Positions 40,587-51,703 are shown, counted from the stretch's first letter. The stretch: 64,000 nucleotides of DNA from Eubacteriales bacterium (GCA_045633625.1 JAZQYP010000034.1:4530-68529), one strand, 5' to 3'. Numbers and translations are program-made. Notes: generated by a model from the sequence alone, not told the origin.

Positions 40587-40614
40587 AAAAAGGCTGTCTG
40601 TGACAGCCTTTTTT
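40587..40614 (+). terminator. Rho-independent terminator
   Basis: AAAAAGGCTGTCTGTGACAGCCTTTTTT. Confidence 0.8.
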
Positions 40615-40673
40615 GTACTTGAAAAGCTTCGCTTTTTGTGGTATAATGAGATATCAATATTTTGGAGATTAAA

Positions 40674-41465
40674 ATGTCTGAGAAAATAGTTATTACTGAA
40701 GAAAAAATATTAAAATATCTTCCCGACAAGACAGAAATTCCCTTTTATATTTACAACACCGTTGATTCAACGAATAATATTGCAAAGGAGCTGGCTAAGG
40801 GGGACGTCAAGAATGCGGTCGTGATCTCACATCATCAAAACGCGGGACGAGGCAGACGCGGACGCTCATTTTTCTCACCCGACGGCTGTGGAATATATAT
40901 GTCACTATTGCTCCGCACCGATGAGAATGCCGAGCAAATAGCGCTTATGACAAGCGCCTCCGCAGTCGCAGTTGCCGAGGCTATAGAGAAGCTTTGCGAC
41001 AAATCTGTCGGCATAAAATGGATAAACGATATATATATCGACGGCAAAAAGGCGTGCGGAATTCTTTGCGAATCCGTCTTCTCCGAGAATTCGGGCAGAC
41101 CCGAATATACCGTTGTTGGCATAGGTATAAACCTTATATCACCCAATGGATTTCCCGAAGAAATTGCAAGCATCGCCACCTCCGTTTTCGGCGATCGTAT
41201 TCCCGATGAGGATATCCCGTCAGAGCTTTGCGCTATGATCGCAGAGAGAATTTTTGATTGTTCAAGAACACTTTCAAAAAAGGATTTTCTCAAGAAATAC
41301 AAGGAAAAATCCATTGTTTTAGGACGTGAGATCACAGTCCATTCGGCAAGCGAAAGCTACCCCGCTACAGCTGTGGATATTGACGACGACTGCCACCTTA
41401 TCGTGCGTCTTAACGATGGCACGAAAAGGCTCTTATCATCGGGTGAGATAAGCACAAAAATATAA
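40674..41465 (+). CDS. birA: Biotin-protein ligase lacking an N-terminal HTH
   Basis: DSTN, QNAGRGRRGRSF, KWINDI..KKACGIL. Confidence 0.93.
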   Translation: MSEKIVITEEKILKYLPDKTEIPFYIYNTVDSTNNIAKELAKGDVKNAVVISHHQNAGRGRRGRSFFSPDGCGIYMSLLLRTDENAEQIALMTSASAVAVAEAIEKLCDKSVGIKWINDIYIDGKKACGILCESVFSENSGRPEYTVVGIGINLISPNGFPEEIASIATSVFGDRIPDEDIPSELCAMIAERIFDCSRTLSKKDFLKKYKEKSIVLGREITVHSASESYPATAVDIDDDCHLIVRLNDGTKRLLSSGEISTKI

Positions 41466-41806
41466 CATCCGAATACTCTTTTTGCAATCATAAGCATGCA
41501 ACCGAGCAAAAAGAATCCTTCATTTTATTAGTAACCCCATGACGTCTCCCTTTGTGTGAGAAAGAATAATAATATAAATGTAGAAATTGGTCGCAAACGT
41601 CAGATCGTTCATTTTTTTGACCGCCAAAACACAACTAAAAAAAATGCATATTAGAAAAATAATCTTGCAAGATGTCAACCAAGAATATAATGAACATTTT
41701 GTTAATATTTGTTTAATAAAATGTTAAGAGCGGACAAAGCGTATTGCCTTTTTATATTTTATATGATATAATATGGCGAAAATCTTTTTATGAAAGGAAA
41801 GTTTTT

Positions 41807-44296
41807 ATGAACACCAAAACACTTCTCAGAAGCATCCTTGCGATTCTTATGGTTGCAACAATGATGCTCTCTCTCTTCGCGTGTACAGATCCTGTTGATC
41901 CCGTTGATCCTACTGATTCGGACACAGAGCCTTCTGACGTTGTAGAGACACCCAAGGAGTATACGTACAATACGTACCTTACTCTTTCTCCTTCCAACTG
42001 GAACGAGCTTACATACCAGGACAATAACGACACAGAGGTTATGTCTTGGATCGGCTCTTCCTTCTTCACATTCGATTTCAAGTTCGATGAGAACGGCGAA
42101 ATCGTTCCCGGTGCTTTCGAGATCAAGTACTCGGCAGCTACCAAGCTTGAGGATGTCTCCGCTGACTATGTTGGCGACAAGTGGGGCGTTCCCGCAGGCG
42201 AAAAGGGTTATGCATACAAGATCACTCTTCGTGATGATCTTAAGTGGGAGAATGGCGACCCCATCAAGGCTGAGGACTTTGTTTACACAATGCAGCAGCA
42301 GCTTGATCCCCTCTTCCAGAACTACCGTGCAGACTCCTTCTACACCGGTGCTACAACAATCGTTAATGCTGAGGCGTACGTAAAGCAGGGTCAGACAGTT
42401 ATGTCTGATAACTCCATGACAGGCAAGTACACCGTTGCTGATCTCGTTAAGGGTGATGACGGCGTTTACACACAGCCTGATGGAACTTCCATCTTCTTCG
42501 CTCTCACAACCGGCCTTGACTGGTGCAGCGGTTACTCCGTAACAGATTATTCCGCTTACCTCGATGCTGATGCTTTCGCAGCTCTTCAGGCTCTTGCAGA
42601 TGAGAACGGCAACGTTGCAGTTACAGACGAGACAATCGCTCTCGTAACAAAGCTCATCGACACTGAGGACTGGGGCAACGAGCCTCCCGAGAACGTTCCC
42701 TACTACATGGTATACGAGACCACCTTCTCTGCAGTTGATTTCTCTGACGTTGGTATTTTCGTAGGCGACACAGAGTACGAGATCGTTATCGTTCTTGCTA
42801 AGCCCCTTGATCTTCTTAAGGACGATGGTTCTCTCTCCTACAAGGCAGCTTACAACATGTCCTCTCTTCCCCTTGTTCACAAGGCAACATACGAGGCATG
42901 CAAGATAGCTCCTACAGAGGGTGTTGATCTTTGGACAACAAACTACAACACAAGCATCGAGACAACAATGTCTTGGGGCGCTTACAAGCTTGAGAGCTTC
43001 CAGGCTGGTAAGGAGTTCACACTTGTAAAGAACGACACTTGGTATGGTTACAATATGCCCGAGAACGAGGGTCTCTACCAGACAACAAGAGTTGTTTACA
43101 GCATCGTTGAGGACTGGAACTCTGCATGGCTTCTCTTCCAGGCAGGTAAGGTTGACGGTATCTCCATCGACGTTTCCATCGCTGACGACTACAAGGGCTC
43201 TTCCAGAGCTTACTTCACACCTTCTGACTACGTTGGATCTCTCCAGCTTCAGTCTGATGTAGCACAGCTCAAGGCTCGTGAGACAGACGGCATCAACAAG
43301 TCTATCCTTGGTTACAAGGACTTCAGACAGGCTCTCTCTCTTGGTATCAACAGAGCTGACTACAACGCAAAGTGCACAACATCCTCTCTCGCAGGATTTG
43401 GTCTCTTTAACTCTATGCACTACTATGACGTTGCTAACGGCGGCGCATTCAGAGAGACAGACGAGGCAAGACAGGTTCTCTGCAACGTATACGGTGTTGA
43501 CGCAACAAAGTATGACAGCCTTGAGGACGCTGTAGACGCTATCACAGGTTACGACCTCACACTTGCAAGAGAGCTTCTCACAAAGGCATACAATGAGGCT
43601 CTTGCTAACGGCGATATCAAGGAGACCGATAAGGTTCTTCTTACATTCGGTACTGGCTCTATCACTGAGACAGTTCAGAGAAGAGCTGACTACATCAAGG
43701 CAGCTTGGCAGGAGCTTGCAGTTGGTACTCCCCTTGAGGGCAGAATCGACGTTGAGCTTAAGGACTTCGCAACAGCTTGGGCTAACGACTTCCGTGCAGG
43801 CGCATATGACGTTTGTATGGGTGGTTGGACCGGAGCAGCTTGGGATCCCGGCTACTTCCTCCTTGCTTACCTCAGCCCCGCTTACATGTACTCCAAGGCT
43901 TGGGATACATCCTCTGTTCAGATGACATTCACAATGAAGGGTGTTGGCGAGAACGGCGCTGACATAACCGAGACAATGTCTCTCCTTGATTGGTACGCTT
44001 GTCTTAACGGTTCCGAGGGCGCTAAGTACAACTGGAGCGCAACTGCACTTGAGCAGGACAAGAGACTCCAGCTTATCGCAGCTCTTGAGGAGCAGGTTCT
44101 TGGTGTATACTACACAGTTCCTCTCCAGAACGAGTTCAGTGCTTCCCTCCTCTCTTACAAGGTTGACTACATCACATACGAGTACAATACCTTCATGAGC
44201 TACGGTGGAACAAAGTACATGACATACAACTATGACGACGAGGCTTGGGCAGCAGAGGTTGCAGCTCAGGGCGGCGAGCTTAATTATAAGAACTAA
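41807..44296 (+). CDS. oppA: Oligopeptide ABC substrate-binding lipoprotein
   Basis: Lipobox LFAC, LRDDLKWENG.PIKAEDF, FRQALSLGINR; heads an oppBCDF operon. Confidence 0.88.
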   Translation: MNTKTLLRSILAILMVATMMLSLFACTDPVDPVDPTDSDTEPSDVVETPKEYTYNTYLTLSPSNWNELTYQDNNDTEVMSWIGSSFFTFDFKFDENGEIVPGAFEIKYSAATKLEDVSADYVGDKWGVPAGEKGYAYKITLRDDLKWENGDPIKAEDFVYTMQQQLDPLFQNYRADSFYTGATTIVNAEAYVKQGQTVMSDNSMTGKYTVADLVKGDDGVYTQPDGTSIFFALTTGLDWCSGYSVTDYSAYLDADAFAALQALADENGNVAVTDETIALVTKLIDTEDWGNEPPENVPYYMVYETTFSAVDFSDVGIFVGDTEYEIVIVLAKPLDLLKDDGSLSYKAAYNMSSLPLVHKATYEACKIAPTEGVDLWTTNYNTSIETTMSWGAYKLESFQAGKEFTLVKNDTWYGYNMPENEGLYQTTRVVYSIVEDWNSAWLLFQAGKVDGISIDVSIADDYKGSSRAYFTPSDYVGSLQLQSDVAQLKARETDGINKSILGYKDFRQALSLGINRADYNAKCTTSSLAGFGLFNSMHYYDVANGGAFRETDEARQVLCNVYGVDATKYDSLEDAVDAITGYDLTLARELLTKAYNEALANGDIKETDKVLLTFGTGSITETVQRRADYIKAAWQELAVGTPLEGRIDVELKDFATAWANDFRAGAYDVCMGGWTGAAWDPGYFLLAYLSPAYMYSKAWDTSSVQMTFTMKGVGENGADITETMSLLDWYACLNGSEGAKYNWSATALEQDKRLQLIAALEEQVLGVYYTVPLQNEFSASLLSYKVDYITYEYNTFMSYGGTKYMTYNYDDEAWAAEVAAQGGELNYKN

Positions 44297-44385
44297 TCGC
44301 CAATAAAATTTAACGGCGGTGGGGGATAGTTGTTTAACTATCCCTCATTGTCGGTTTAATAAACAAAGAAAGGAGAGCACAAAAG

Positions 44386-45411
44386 ATGTATATGTTCAAA
44401 TATATTTGTAAAAGAATAGGTCTTATGATCATGACTTTTACTATTATTTTTGTAACATGCTTTGTATTAGTCAAGCTTCTTCCTATTGATACGTCCGTTG
44501 GATTTGGCGAGGATACTGCAAAGATCATTGCACAGTTCGAGGCAAGAGGATACTTTGATCCAATCCCCGAGCAGCTTGTAAGATATATCAAGAGAATCAT
44601 TCTTGACGGCGATTTCGGTATCGGATTCAGAATGCCTTCATACCGCGGTCGTGCTGTATGGGACGTTTTTATTGAGAAACTCCCCCCCACAATACTCATC
44701 AACATCTATTCATCCCTCTTTGCCGTTCCTACCGGAATAGCATTGGGTATTTTTGCCGCGCTCAAGAAAAACAAATGGCAGGACCACTTTATCAGCACGA
44801 TAGTTATGGTCTTCATTTCAGTTCCTTCATTCGTGTACGCTTCTCTTTTGTTGTTCACGATATGCTTTAAGCTTGAGCTTTTACCTTTGAGTTTTGCTTC
44901 TTTTGCGGAGATTATTCGAGCATATCCGGAAAAGAATCTTGTATATACCCCAGGTACGTTTAACTGGCCCTTGTACTTTAACAAGGAGATGTTCCTCTCT
45001 ATGCTCCCCGCCGTTTTTGCTATGTCCTTCGGATCTATCGCAGGATATGCGCGATTCACACGTGCGGAGCTTACCGAGGTCCTCACAAGCGAGTTTATGC
45101 TTCTTGCAAGAACAAAGGGACTTACAAAGTCTCAAGCTACTGTAAGACATGCACTTCGTAACTCGATGGTTCCGATCTTCCCCTCTATCGTCGGAGAATT
45201 TGTAAGCGTTCTCTCGGGATCGCTTGTTATAGAGAAGATCTTCTCTATCCCCGGCGTTGGAGGACTTTACCTTAATGCGATCAACTCGCAGGACTATGAC
45301 TTCTTTATGATGCTTTCGGGATTCTACCTCTTAGTAGGACTTGCAGCAGGTCTTGTTATCGACCTCTCCTACGGAGTAATCGACCCGAGAATTAGAATGG
45401 GGGCGAAATAA
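44386..45411 (+). CDS. oppB: Oligopeptide ABC permease
   Basis: ARTKGL...RHALRNS, IEKIFSIPGVG. Confidence 0.92.
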   Translation: MYMFKYICKRIGLMIMTFTIIFVTCFVLVKLLPIDTSVGFGEDTAKIIAQFEARGYFDPIPEQLVRYIKRIILDGDFGIGFRMPSYRGRAVWDVFIEKLPPTILINIYSSLFAVPTGIALGIFAALKKNKWQDHFISTIVMVFISVPSFVYASLLLFTICFKLELLPLSFASFAEIIRAYPEKNLVYTPGTFNWPLYFNKEMFLSMLPAVFAMSFGSIAGYARFTRAELTEVLTSEFMLLARTKGLTKSQATVRHALRNSMVPIFPSIVGEFVSVLSGSLVIEKIFSIPGVGGLYLNAINSQDYDFFMMLSGFYLLVGLAAGLVIDLSYGVIDPRIRMGAK

Positions 45412-46958
45412 TGAGAGCTGAAGAATACAAGATTTCAAGCGAAAAATTCGTTTTCCATTCAACAGGAGACAATCTCCACGACAAAAAACTCGAAACAAAG
45501 CCTGTCACCTATTTTAGAGACGCACTTAACCGTTTTGCAAAAAACAAGGCTTCTATAGTAGCTACGGTAATTATTGCTATCCTCGTTCTCTTTGCACTTA
45601 TCGGTCCCTTGCTCTCCCCTTATACGGTTGCTTATGAGGACCCCAGCTATGCTTACGTTCTTCCTAAGAACCCGATCTTCCACAGTCTTGGAATTCCCTT
45701 CTGGGACGGCGGACAGAACAAGGAAGTAAATAAGGCAACTTATGAACAGTACCGCGCAATTCAAGAGGAAACAAGACGCGACGTCATTATGAACGAGCCC
45801 AAGATCTCGACAACCGAGTATATGGGCAAGACAAGCGAGCTTTACAGCTTCCGTCTTGACACATATAATGCAGTTGGTGTAAAGTACGTTCTTCTTTCCA
45901 CTGAGCAGTATTTGGCTCTTCAGGAATATCAGGATGAAATGGGTGTTCAGGTAATACTTCCTATTACCGATCCCAAGCAGCGTCCCGAGGCCGAGCAGGA
46001 TAAGACAAATGCTAACATCTGGTACAAGACCAAGATGGGTGCAGGAAGAAAGACCACCGTCGTTTATGATAAGGATGGAAACTTTATTCCGATCTATCAG
46101 GCAAATGACGGCAATGATATGTACACCTCCAAGATGTATTGGGAGGGTGAAGAAAAGCTTTACAATTATGCTGAGGCCAAGTCAGGCGGTATTTGGAACG
46201 TCAGAGTAGACTACCGTGAATACTATATTTACCAGCACTATCTTCTCGACGATGGCATAAAGGAGCCCCTCTTTATCCTCGGTGCAAACAATGCAGGCAA
46301 GGATCTCTTCGTTTGTCTTTCAAGCGGTGCAAGATTCTCCTTCATCCTCGCTGTTATAGTTGCATCTGTTAACCTTTTTGTTGGTGCTATCTACGGCTCC
46401 ATCGAGGGTTACTACGGCGGAAAGATCGACCTTATCATGGAAAGAATCGTCGACCTTCTCGCATCTATCCCCTTCATGATCGTAATTACTCTTTTGAAGT
46501 ATCACTTCAATGCATCACACCTTATAATTCTGTTTATATCCTTCTTCCTTACCGGCTGGACGGGTATGGCAGGACGTACGAGAATGCAGTTCTACCGCTT
46601 CAAGAATCAGGAGTACGTTTTGGTTGCGAGAACACTTGGTGCTCGCGACAGAAGAATTATGTTCAAGCATATCTTCCCGAACTCCATCGGTACCCTTATC
46701 ACAAGTAGCGTTCTTGTTATCCCGAGCGTTATCTTCTCGGAGACAAGCCTTTCCTACCTTGGAATCATAAACCTTAGTACAGGTAATATGACCAGCGTTG
46801 GTACACTTCTTGCTACGGGACAGAATTATCTTTTCACGTACCCGCACATGATCCTCTTCCCCTCGATCTTTATCAGCTTGTTGATGCTCTCCTTCAACTT
46901 GTTCGGTAACGGTCTCCGTGACGCGTTCAACCCGTCGCTCAGAGGAACTGAGGAATAA
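45411..46958 (+). CDS. oppC: Oligopeptide ABC permease with a large extracellular loop
   Basis: RFAKNKAS, EYVLVARTLGA, GNGLRDAFNP. Confidence 0.92.
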   Translation: MRAEEYKISSEKFVFHSTGDNLHDKKLETKPVTYFRDALNRFAKNKASIVATVIIAILVLFALIGPLLSPYTVAYEDPSYAYVLPKNPIFHSLGIPFWDGGQNKEVNKATYEQYRAIQEETRRDVIMNEPKISTTEYMGKTSELYSFRLDTYNAVGVKYVLLSTEQYLALQEYQDEMGVQVILPITDPKQRPEAEQDKTNANIWYKTKMGAGRKTTVVYDKDGNFIPIYQANDGNDMYTSKMYWEGEEKLYNYAEAKSGGIWNVRVDYREYYIYQHYLLDDGIKEPLFILGANNAGKDLFVCLSSGARFSFILAVIVASVNLFVGAIYGSIEGYYGGKIDLIMERIVDLLASIPFMIVITLLKYHFNASHLIILFISFFLTGWTGMAGRTRMQFYRFKNQEYVLVARTLGARDRRIMFKHIFPNSIGTLITSSVLVIPSVIFSETSLSYLGIINLSTGNMTSVGTLLATGQNYLFTYPHMILFPSIFISLLMLSFNLFGNGLRDAFNPSLRGTEE

Positions 46959-47026
46959 AAATTCTCAAAATGATTGCCGCAAAACACGTTTGAGTGATTA
47001 AGCGGCGGAAAGGAATGGTCATATTT

Positions 47027-49174
47027 ATGGATAAGAAATTAGAAGTAAAGAATCTGCAAATATCATTCCGTACACAAGGTGGAATTGTAAAAGCCGTCCG
47101 AAACATCTCCTTTGATCTTTATAAGGGAGAAACTCTTGCTATAGTTGGTGAATCAGGCTCAGGAAAATCCGTAACAAGTAAAGCTGTTATGGGTATTCTC
47201 GCAGGTAACTCTATAGTTGAGGGCGGCGAAATACGATATGATGGTCAGGATCTTCTTAAAATTTCTGAGGAAGATTTTCACAAAATCCGTGGCGATAAAA
47301 TTGCGATGATCTTCCAGGATCCCATGTCTAGCCTTAATCCTATTATGAGAGTAGGTCAGCAGCTCACAGAGGCTATGATCCTTAAGGCTAAGACGGGAAA
47401 GAAGAACGCAAAAACAGCGTTCAACTCTATGCTCAAGACATTGGGCACAAATATAAATGCCGCAAACACCAAGCTCGGTGTTGACGAGTCGGCAAATATT
47501 GCAGAAAAGCTCAAGAAATTTGATACCTTCTGCATCACTGCAACAAAGATAGAAAGCGCATTCAACGATGCATCGGGCAACGCTATTCAGCTTGACGTTG
47601 ACGTTGAAAATGCTATTCTTATGCTTGAAAGACAGAAGAAGATTGACGTTGCGGCAGAGCTCAAGAGATTCAAAAAGCTCTTTATTGGCTCAATTAACCA
47701 ATACGTTATTGTAAAGGATGAAACATCCGATGCCTGCCTTAACAAGCTCTCTACACTCATCTCTCAGGGCAAGGCGATCTCTACAGATGATGCGCTTGCA
47801 GCTCTTAAGGAGCTTCACGCAATAGTCAAGGATGCTCTCGCCAAGGACAAGCCCAACTTCTTCACTCTCGGATACTACATCACCGCAAATCCCGATAAGG
47901 ATATAAGCGGTATGTCTATCGCAGAGATGAATAAGATGACTCGTGAGTTCCTTGATAACGACTTTATGCTCGATTTCATTGCTACTGCCGAGAAGGGTGT
48001 TCTCTACTCACACAACGGTTCTATTGAGGCTAAATCCGCATGTCTTGCAGAGCTCAAGGAAGCCCTTGAGTATTTCAAGGCAGGCAAGATCGAAGAGTCT
48101 CGTGCAACAGCATATTGCAAGAGCCTCAGCGAAAAGGTAACAAAGGCCATCGATAGACTTAGCGTTAAGAAGGCAAGTGTTGAATACGTATTCCACTCCG
48201 CTCTTGAAAACGCTATTGAGGAATATTTCGTAGGAATCAAGAGAAATCCCATTGAGGAGAAAAAGTATCTCAGAAACAAGGCCAAGTTTGATGCTATCGT
48301 CAGAAAGGGTCAGCAGCCTGATTGGGTGCTTGCTCCCCAGGTAGTAATTGATCTTGAGCTTAAGCTTGACAATATCTGCAAGGTTATTGAGGGAATCATC
48401 AATCATTACGAGGCAGATATTAAAGCAAACGCTGAGTTTGATGCAACAACTCACGTAGTTGAGATCATTGATTTCTTCAAGGATCAGGCATCAAAGTTCG
48501 TTGTAAAAATGAACAAGAGAATTGCAAAGGCAAAGGCTATAAAGCTTCTTGAGGAGGTTGGTATCCCTGAGCCTGCTACACGTTTCCGTCAGTTCCCCTT
48601 CGAGTTCTCGGGTGGTATGAGACAGCGTATAGTTATTGCAATTGCCCTTTCGGCTAACCCTGATATCCTTATCTGTGACGAGCCTACGACAGCGCTTGAC
48701 GTTACCATTCAGGCGCAGATCCTTGAGCTTATCAATCAGATCAAGGAGCAGAGAAATCTCTCTGTAATCTTTATCACACATAACATGGGTGTTGTTGCTA
48801 ACATGGCTGACAGAATTGCAGTTATGTATGCAGGTAAGATAGTTGAGCATGGTACGGCCGAGGAGATATTCTACGAGCCCGCTCATCCTTACACCTGGGC
48901 ACTTCTCAGCTCTATGCCCGACCTTAACACCACAGAGAAGCTTGAGTCTATTCCCGGTACTCCTCCTAACATGATCTACCCGCCTAAGGGTGACGCGTTT
49001 GCAGCGAGAAACAAGTACGCTCTTGAGATAGACTTTGAGATAGAGCCTCCTCTCTTTGAGATAACGCCTACTCACTGTGCGGCGACATGGTTGCTCCATC
49101 CCAATGCTCCCAAGGTTGAGATGCCTCAGCTTATAAAGTCGCGTATTGAACGTATGAAGAAGGAGAGAGAATAA
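47027..49174 (+). CDS. oppD: Oligopeptide ABC ATPase with a ~375-aa internal insertion
   Basis: GESGSGKS and IFQDPMSSLNP, then long helical insert, then FSGGMRQR, HPYTWALL. Confidence 0.9.
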   Translation: MDKKLEVKNLQISFRTQGGIVKAVRNISFDLYKGETLAIVGESGSGKSVTSKAVMGILAGNSIVEGGEIRYDGQDLLKISEEDFHKIRGDKIAMIFQDPMSSLNPIMRVGQQLTEAMILKAKTGKKNAKTAFNSMLKTLGTNINAANTKLGVDESANIAEKLKKFDTFCITATKIESAFNDASGNAIQLDVDVENAILMLERQKKIDVAAELKRFKKLFIGSINQYVIVKDETSDACLNKLSTLISQGKAISTDDALAALKELHAIVKDALAKDKPNFFTLGYYITANPDKDISGMSIAEMNKMTREFLDNDFMLDFIATAEKGVLYSHNGSIEAKSACLAELKEALEYFKAGKIEESRATAYCKSLSEKVTKAIDRLSVKKASVEYVFHSALENAIEEYFVGIKRNPIEEKKYLRNKAKFDAIVRKGQQPDWVLAPQVVIDLELKLDNICKVIEGIINHYEADIKANAEFDATTHVVEIIDFFKDQASKFVVKMNKRIAKAKAIKLLEEVGIPEPATRFRQFPFEFSGGMRQRIVIAIALSANPDILICDEPTTALDVTIQAQILELINQIKEQRNLSVIFITHNMGVVANMADRIAVMYAGKIVEHGTAEEIFYEPAHPYTWALLSSMPDLNTTEKLESIPGTPPNMIYPPKGDAFAARNKYALEIDFEIEPPLFEITPTHCAATWLLHPNAPKVEMPQLIKSRIERMKKERE

Positions 49175-49175
49175 T

Positions 49176-50258
49176 ATGGAAAAGCAAGTTTTACTCAGTG
49201 TTAAAAATCTCCAACAGTACTTCAAGCTTGGTAAGCGTGAGCTTAAGGCAGTTGATAACGTAAGCTTTGATATCTATAAGGGAGAGGTCTTCGGTCTCGT
49301 TGGTGAATCGGGATGCGGAAAGACAACTACCGGTAGATCTATCATCCGTCTTTACGACATCACCGGCGGCTCTGTCTACTATAAGGGCGAGCGTATTTGC
49401 GCGGGTGTTCGTAGCTACAAGGATGCTATAAAGCAGGCACGCAAGGATTATGCAGAGAAAAAGATCTCCAAGGAGGAGCTTGACAAGATCGTCAAGGAAA
49501 ACCGCGCAGAAATAAAGGCTGCCGTTGCCGACCACAACAAATGGGCTCGTACCAAGGCCGGTGAAAACCGCCTTACAAACGAGATCCAGATGATCTTCCA
49601 GGATCCTATCGCTTCACTTGACCCCCGTATGACCGTCCGCGATATCATCGCAGAGGGACTTATCATTCGTGGCGTTAAGGATAAGGATTATATTGATCAG
49701 CAGGTTTATAAGATCCTTGAGACAGTAGGTCTTGTTCAGGAGCACGCTACCCGTTATCCTCACGAGTTCTCGGGTGGTCAGCGTCAGCGTATCGGAATTG
49801 CTCGTGCAGTCATTATGAACCCCGAGCTTATAATTGCCGATGAGCCTATCTCTGCTCTTGACGTTTCGATTCAGGCACAGGTAATAAACCTTCTTAACGA
49901 TCTTTCGGAAAAGATGGGACTTACCATTATGTTCATAGCGCACGACCTTGCTGTCGTTAAGTACTTCTCTAACAGAATTGCCGTTATGTACTTTGGTAAG
50001 ATAGTTGAGCTTGGAACGTCGGATGAGCTTTTCGCACATCCCTTCCATCCCTACACTCGTTCCCTTCTCTCCGCTATTCCCCTTCCCGATCCTATAACGG
50101 AAAAGAACAGAAAGAGAATAGTTTACAATCCTATGCTCGATCACGATTATTCGAAGGAAGCTCCTTCGATGAGAGAGGTATATCCCGGACATTTCGTTCT
50201 CTGCAACACAGAGGAATTCGAAAGATACAAGAAGGAGTATGAGGAAAAGGCAGAATGA
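49176..50258 (+). CDS. oppF: Oligopeptide ABC ATPase
   Basis: GESGCGKT, FSGGQRQR, HPYTRSLL. Confidence 0.93.
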   Translation: MEKQVLLSVKNLQQYFKLGKRELKAVDNVSFDIYKGEVFGLVGESGCGKTTTGRSIIRLYDITGGSVYYKGERICAGVRSYKDAIKQARKDYAEKKISKEELDKIVKENRAEIKAAVADHNKWARTKAGENRLTNEIQMIFQDPIASLDPRMTVRDIIAEGLIIRGVKDKDYIDQQVYKILETVGLVQEHATRYPHEFSGGQRQRIGIARAVIMNPELIIADEPISALDVSIQAQVINLLNDLSEKMGLTIMFIAHDLAVVKYFSNRIAVMYFGKIVELGTSDELFAHPFHPYTRSLLSAIPLPDPITEKNRKRIVYNPMLDHDYSKEAPSMREVYPGHFVLCNTEEFERYKKEYEEKAE

Positions 50259-50647
50259 AAACTCTTAAAAAATATTTGATCACACTGATTATCGGTTTTT
50301 TGACTGTTTTTCTGATAGCCTTATCAAAGGATATTTTTGAACAGACCAGCATCGTTAAGATACTTCATATTTTGTGTGATTGCTTCTTCGTTGTCGGAGT
50401 TGTGACAACGTCTATTGGACTTTTGATATTCTCAAGCAACGAGGGTACGTTTGACATTCTTGTTTACGGTGTCAGCTCATTCGTTGATATGTTCAGAAAA
50501 ACAAGCAAAAAGAAATATGAAACCTTCTACGATTACAGAGATAGCAGAGCGGATAAGAAAATAAGCTTTGGCTTCTTGCTGATCTGTGGTCTTATCATCC
50601 TTGCAATATCCCTTATAATATATCTCTTCTACAGAGTATACAAATAA
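50255..50647 (+). CDS. DUF3899-like small membrane protein
   Basis: Three TM segments, NEGTFD...YG motif, follows oppF. Confidence 0.7.
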   Translation: MKTLKKYLITLIIGFLTVFLIALSKDIFEQTSIVKILHILCDCFFVVGVVTTSIGLLIFSSNEGTFDILVYGVSSFVDMFRKTSKKKYETFYDYRDSRADKKISFGFLLICGLIILAISLIIYLFYRVYK

Positions 50648-50648
50648 C

Positions 50649-50681
50649 AAAAAGCCTCCAAGTTAACTTGGAGGCTTTTTT
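50649..50681. terminator. Bidirectional terminator
   Basis: AAAAAGCCTCCAAGTTAACTTGGAGGCTTTTTT. Confidence 0.85.
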
Positions 50682-50682
50682 A

Positions 50683-51513
50683 TTACTTATTTAATTTTTT
50701 TACAATATTCTCTGCCGCGTCCTCAAGATAGGTGTTGTCCATCATCTCGATCCAGCCCTTATCAACAAGAGCCGCAAGCTTCTGATCCATAGGAAGCTTT
50801 GCAAGCACGTCATAGCCGTGCTTCTCTGCTACCTCTTCGATATGGCTGTCACCGAAGATCTTTATCTCCTTGCCACAGTCGGGGCACTTAACGTAGCTCA
50901 TGTTCTCAACAAGTCCAAGCACGGGAATATTCATCATATTCGCCATATTTGCCGCCTTCTCAACGATCATCGAAACAAGCTCCTGAGGGCTGCTGACGAT
51001 AACGATTCCGTCAAGCGGAATGGACTGGAAAATGGTAAGGGGCACGTCACCCGTTCCGGGAGGACAGTCTATGAACATATAGTCGATATCGTTCCAGATA
51101 ACGTCGGTCCAGAACTGCTTTACGGTTCCCGCAATAACGGGTCCGCGCCATACAACAGGCTTTGTATCCTCATCAAGAAGAAGATTTATCGACATAACGT
51201 CGATTCCCGAGGTGGTCGTTGCGGGGAAAAGTCCGCTTCCGTCACCCTCAACTCCGTCCTTAAGACCAAACGCTTTGGGGATAGAGGGGCCTGTGATGTC
51301 GGCGTCAAGAATCGCAGTCTTAAAGCCAAGGCGCTGCATATTGACCGCAAGCATCGAGGTAACCATCGACTTTCCAACTCCGCCCTTACCGCTGACAACG
51401 GCAATTACGTGCTTTATTGAGCTGAGGCTGTGAGGCTGCTCAAGAAGGCTATTTTTTTCTCTGCTCGAGCAATTGCTTGAGCAAGTAGAACAGTTATGTG
51501 TACATTCTGACAT
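50683..51513 (-). CDS. mrp: Mrp/NBP35 (ApbC) Fe-S carrier ATPase
   Basis: SGKGGVGKS, DADITGPS, WRGP, DCPPGTGD, CPDC; start set at MSECTH. Confidence 0.92.
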   Translation of the reverse strand: MSECTHNCSTCSSNCSSREKNSLLEQPHSLSSIKHVIAVVSGKGGVGKSMVTSMLAVNMQRLGFKTAILDADITGPSIPKAFGLKDGVEGDGSGLFPATTTSGIDVMSINLLLDEDTKPVVWRGPVIAGTVKQFWTDVIWNDIDYMFIDCPPGTGDVPLTIFQSIPLDGIVIVSSPQELVSMIVEKAANMANMMNIPVLGLVENMSYVKCPDCGKEIKIFGDSHIEEVAEKHGYDVLAKLPMDQKLAALVDKGWIEMMDNTYLEDAAENIVKKLNK

Positions 51514-51703
51514 TTTACATATTTCCTTTCGTAAGGGGTATTTTTTATTCCCATTGATTATACACCTTTTTTCTCTCTTAATCAACCTTTTTGATAAATT
51601 TTTATCATTTTTTTAATAATTCTCTCATTTTGCTCTTGAAAAAAAGGCAAAAAAAGGTTATACTATATAAGATTGATAAAAACTTATTATTCGGAGGTCA
51701 TTT

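Noticed and set aside
41466-41800. Riboswitch or small ORF in the long birA-oppA intergenic region
   Set aside because: No recognisable aptamer motif and only very short frames; an Rfam scan would be needed to exclude one fully.
41888-41920. GATCCTGTT-type tandem repeat in oppA as a contingency locus
   Set aside because: An in-frame, imperfect 9-bp repeat encoding a DPVDPVDPT lipoprotein linker.
41759-43420. 553-aa minus-strand ORF
   Set aside because: Antisense shadow of the strongly codon-biased oppA.
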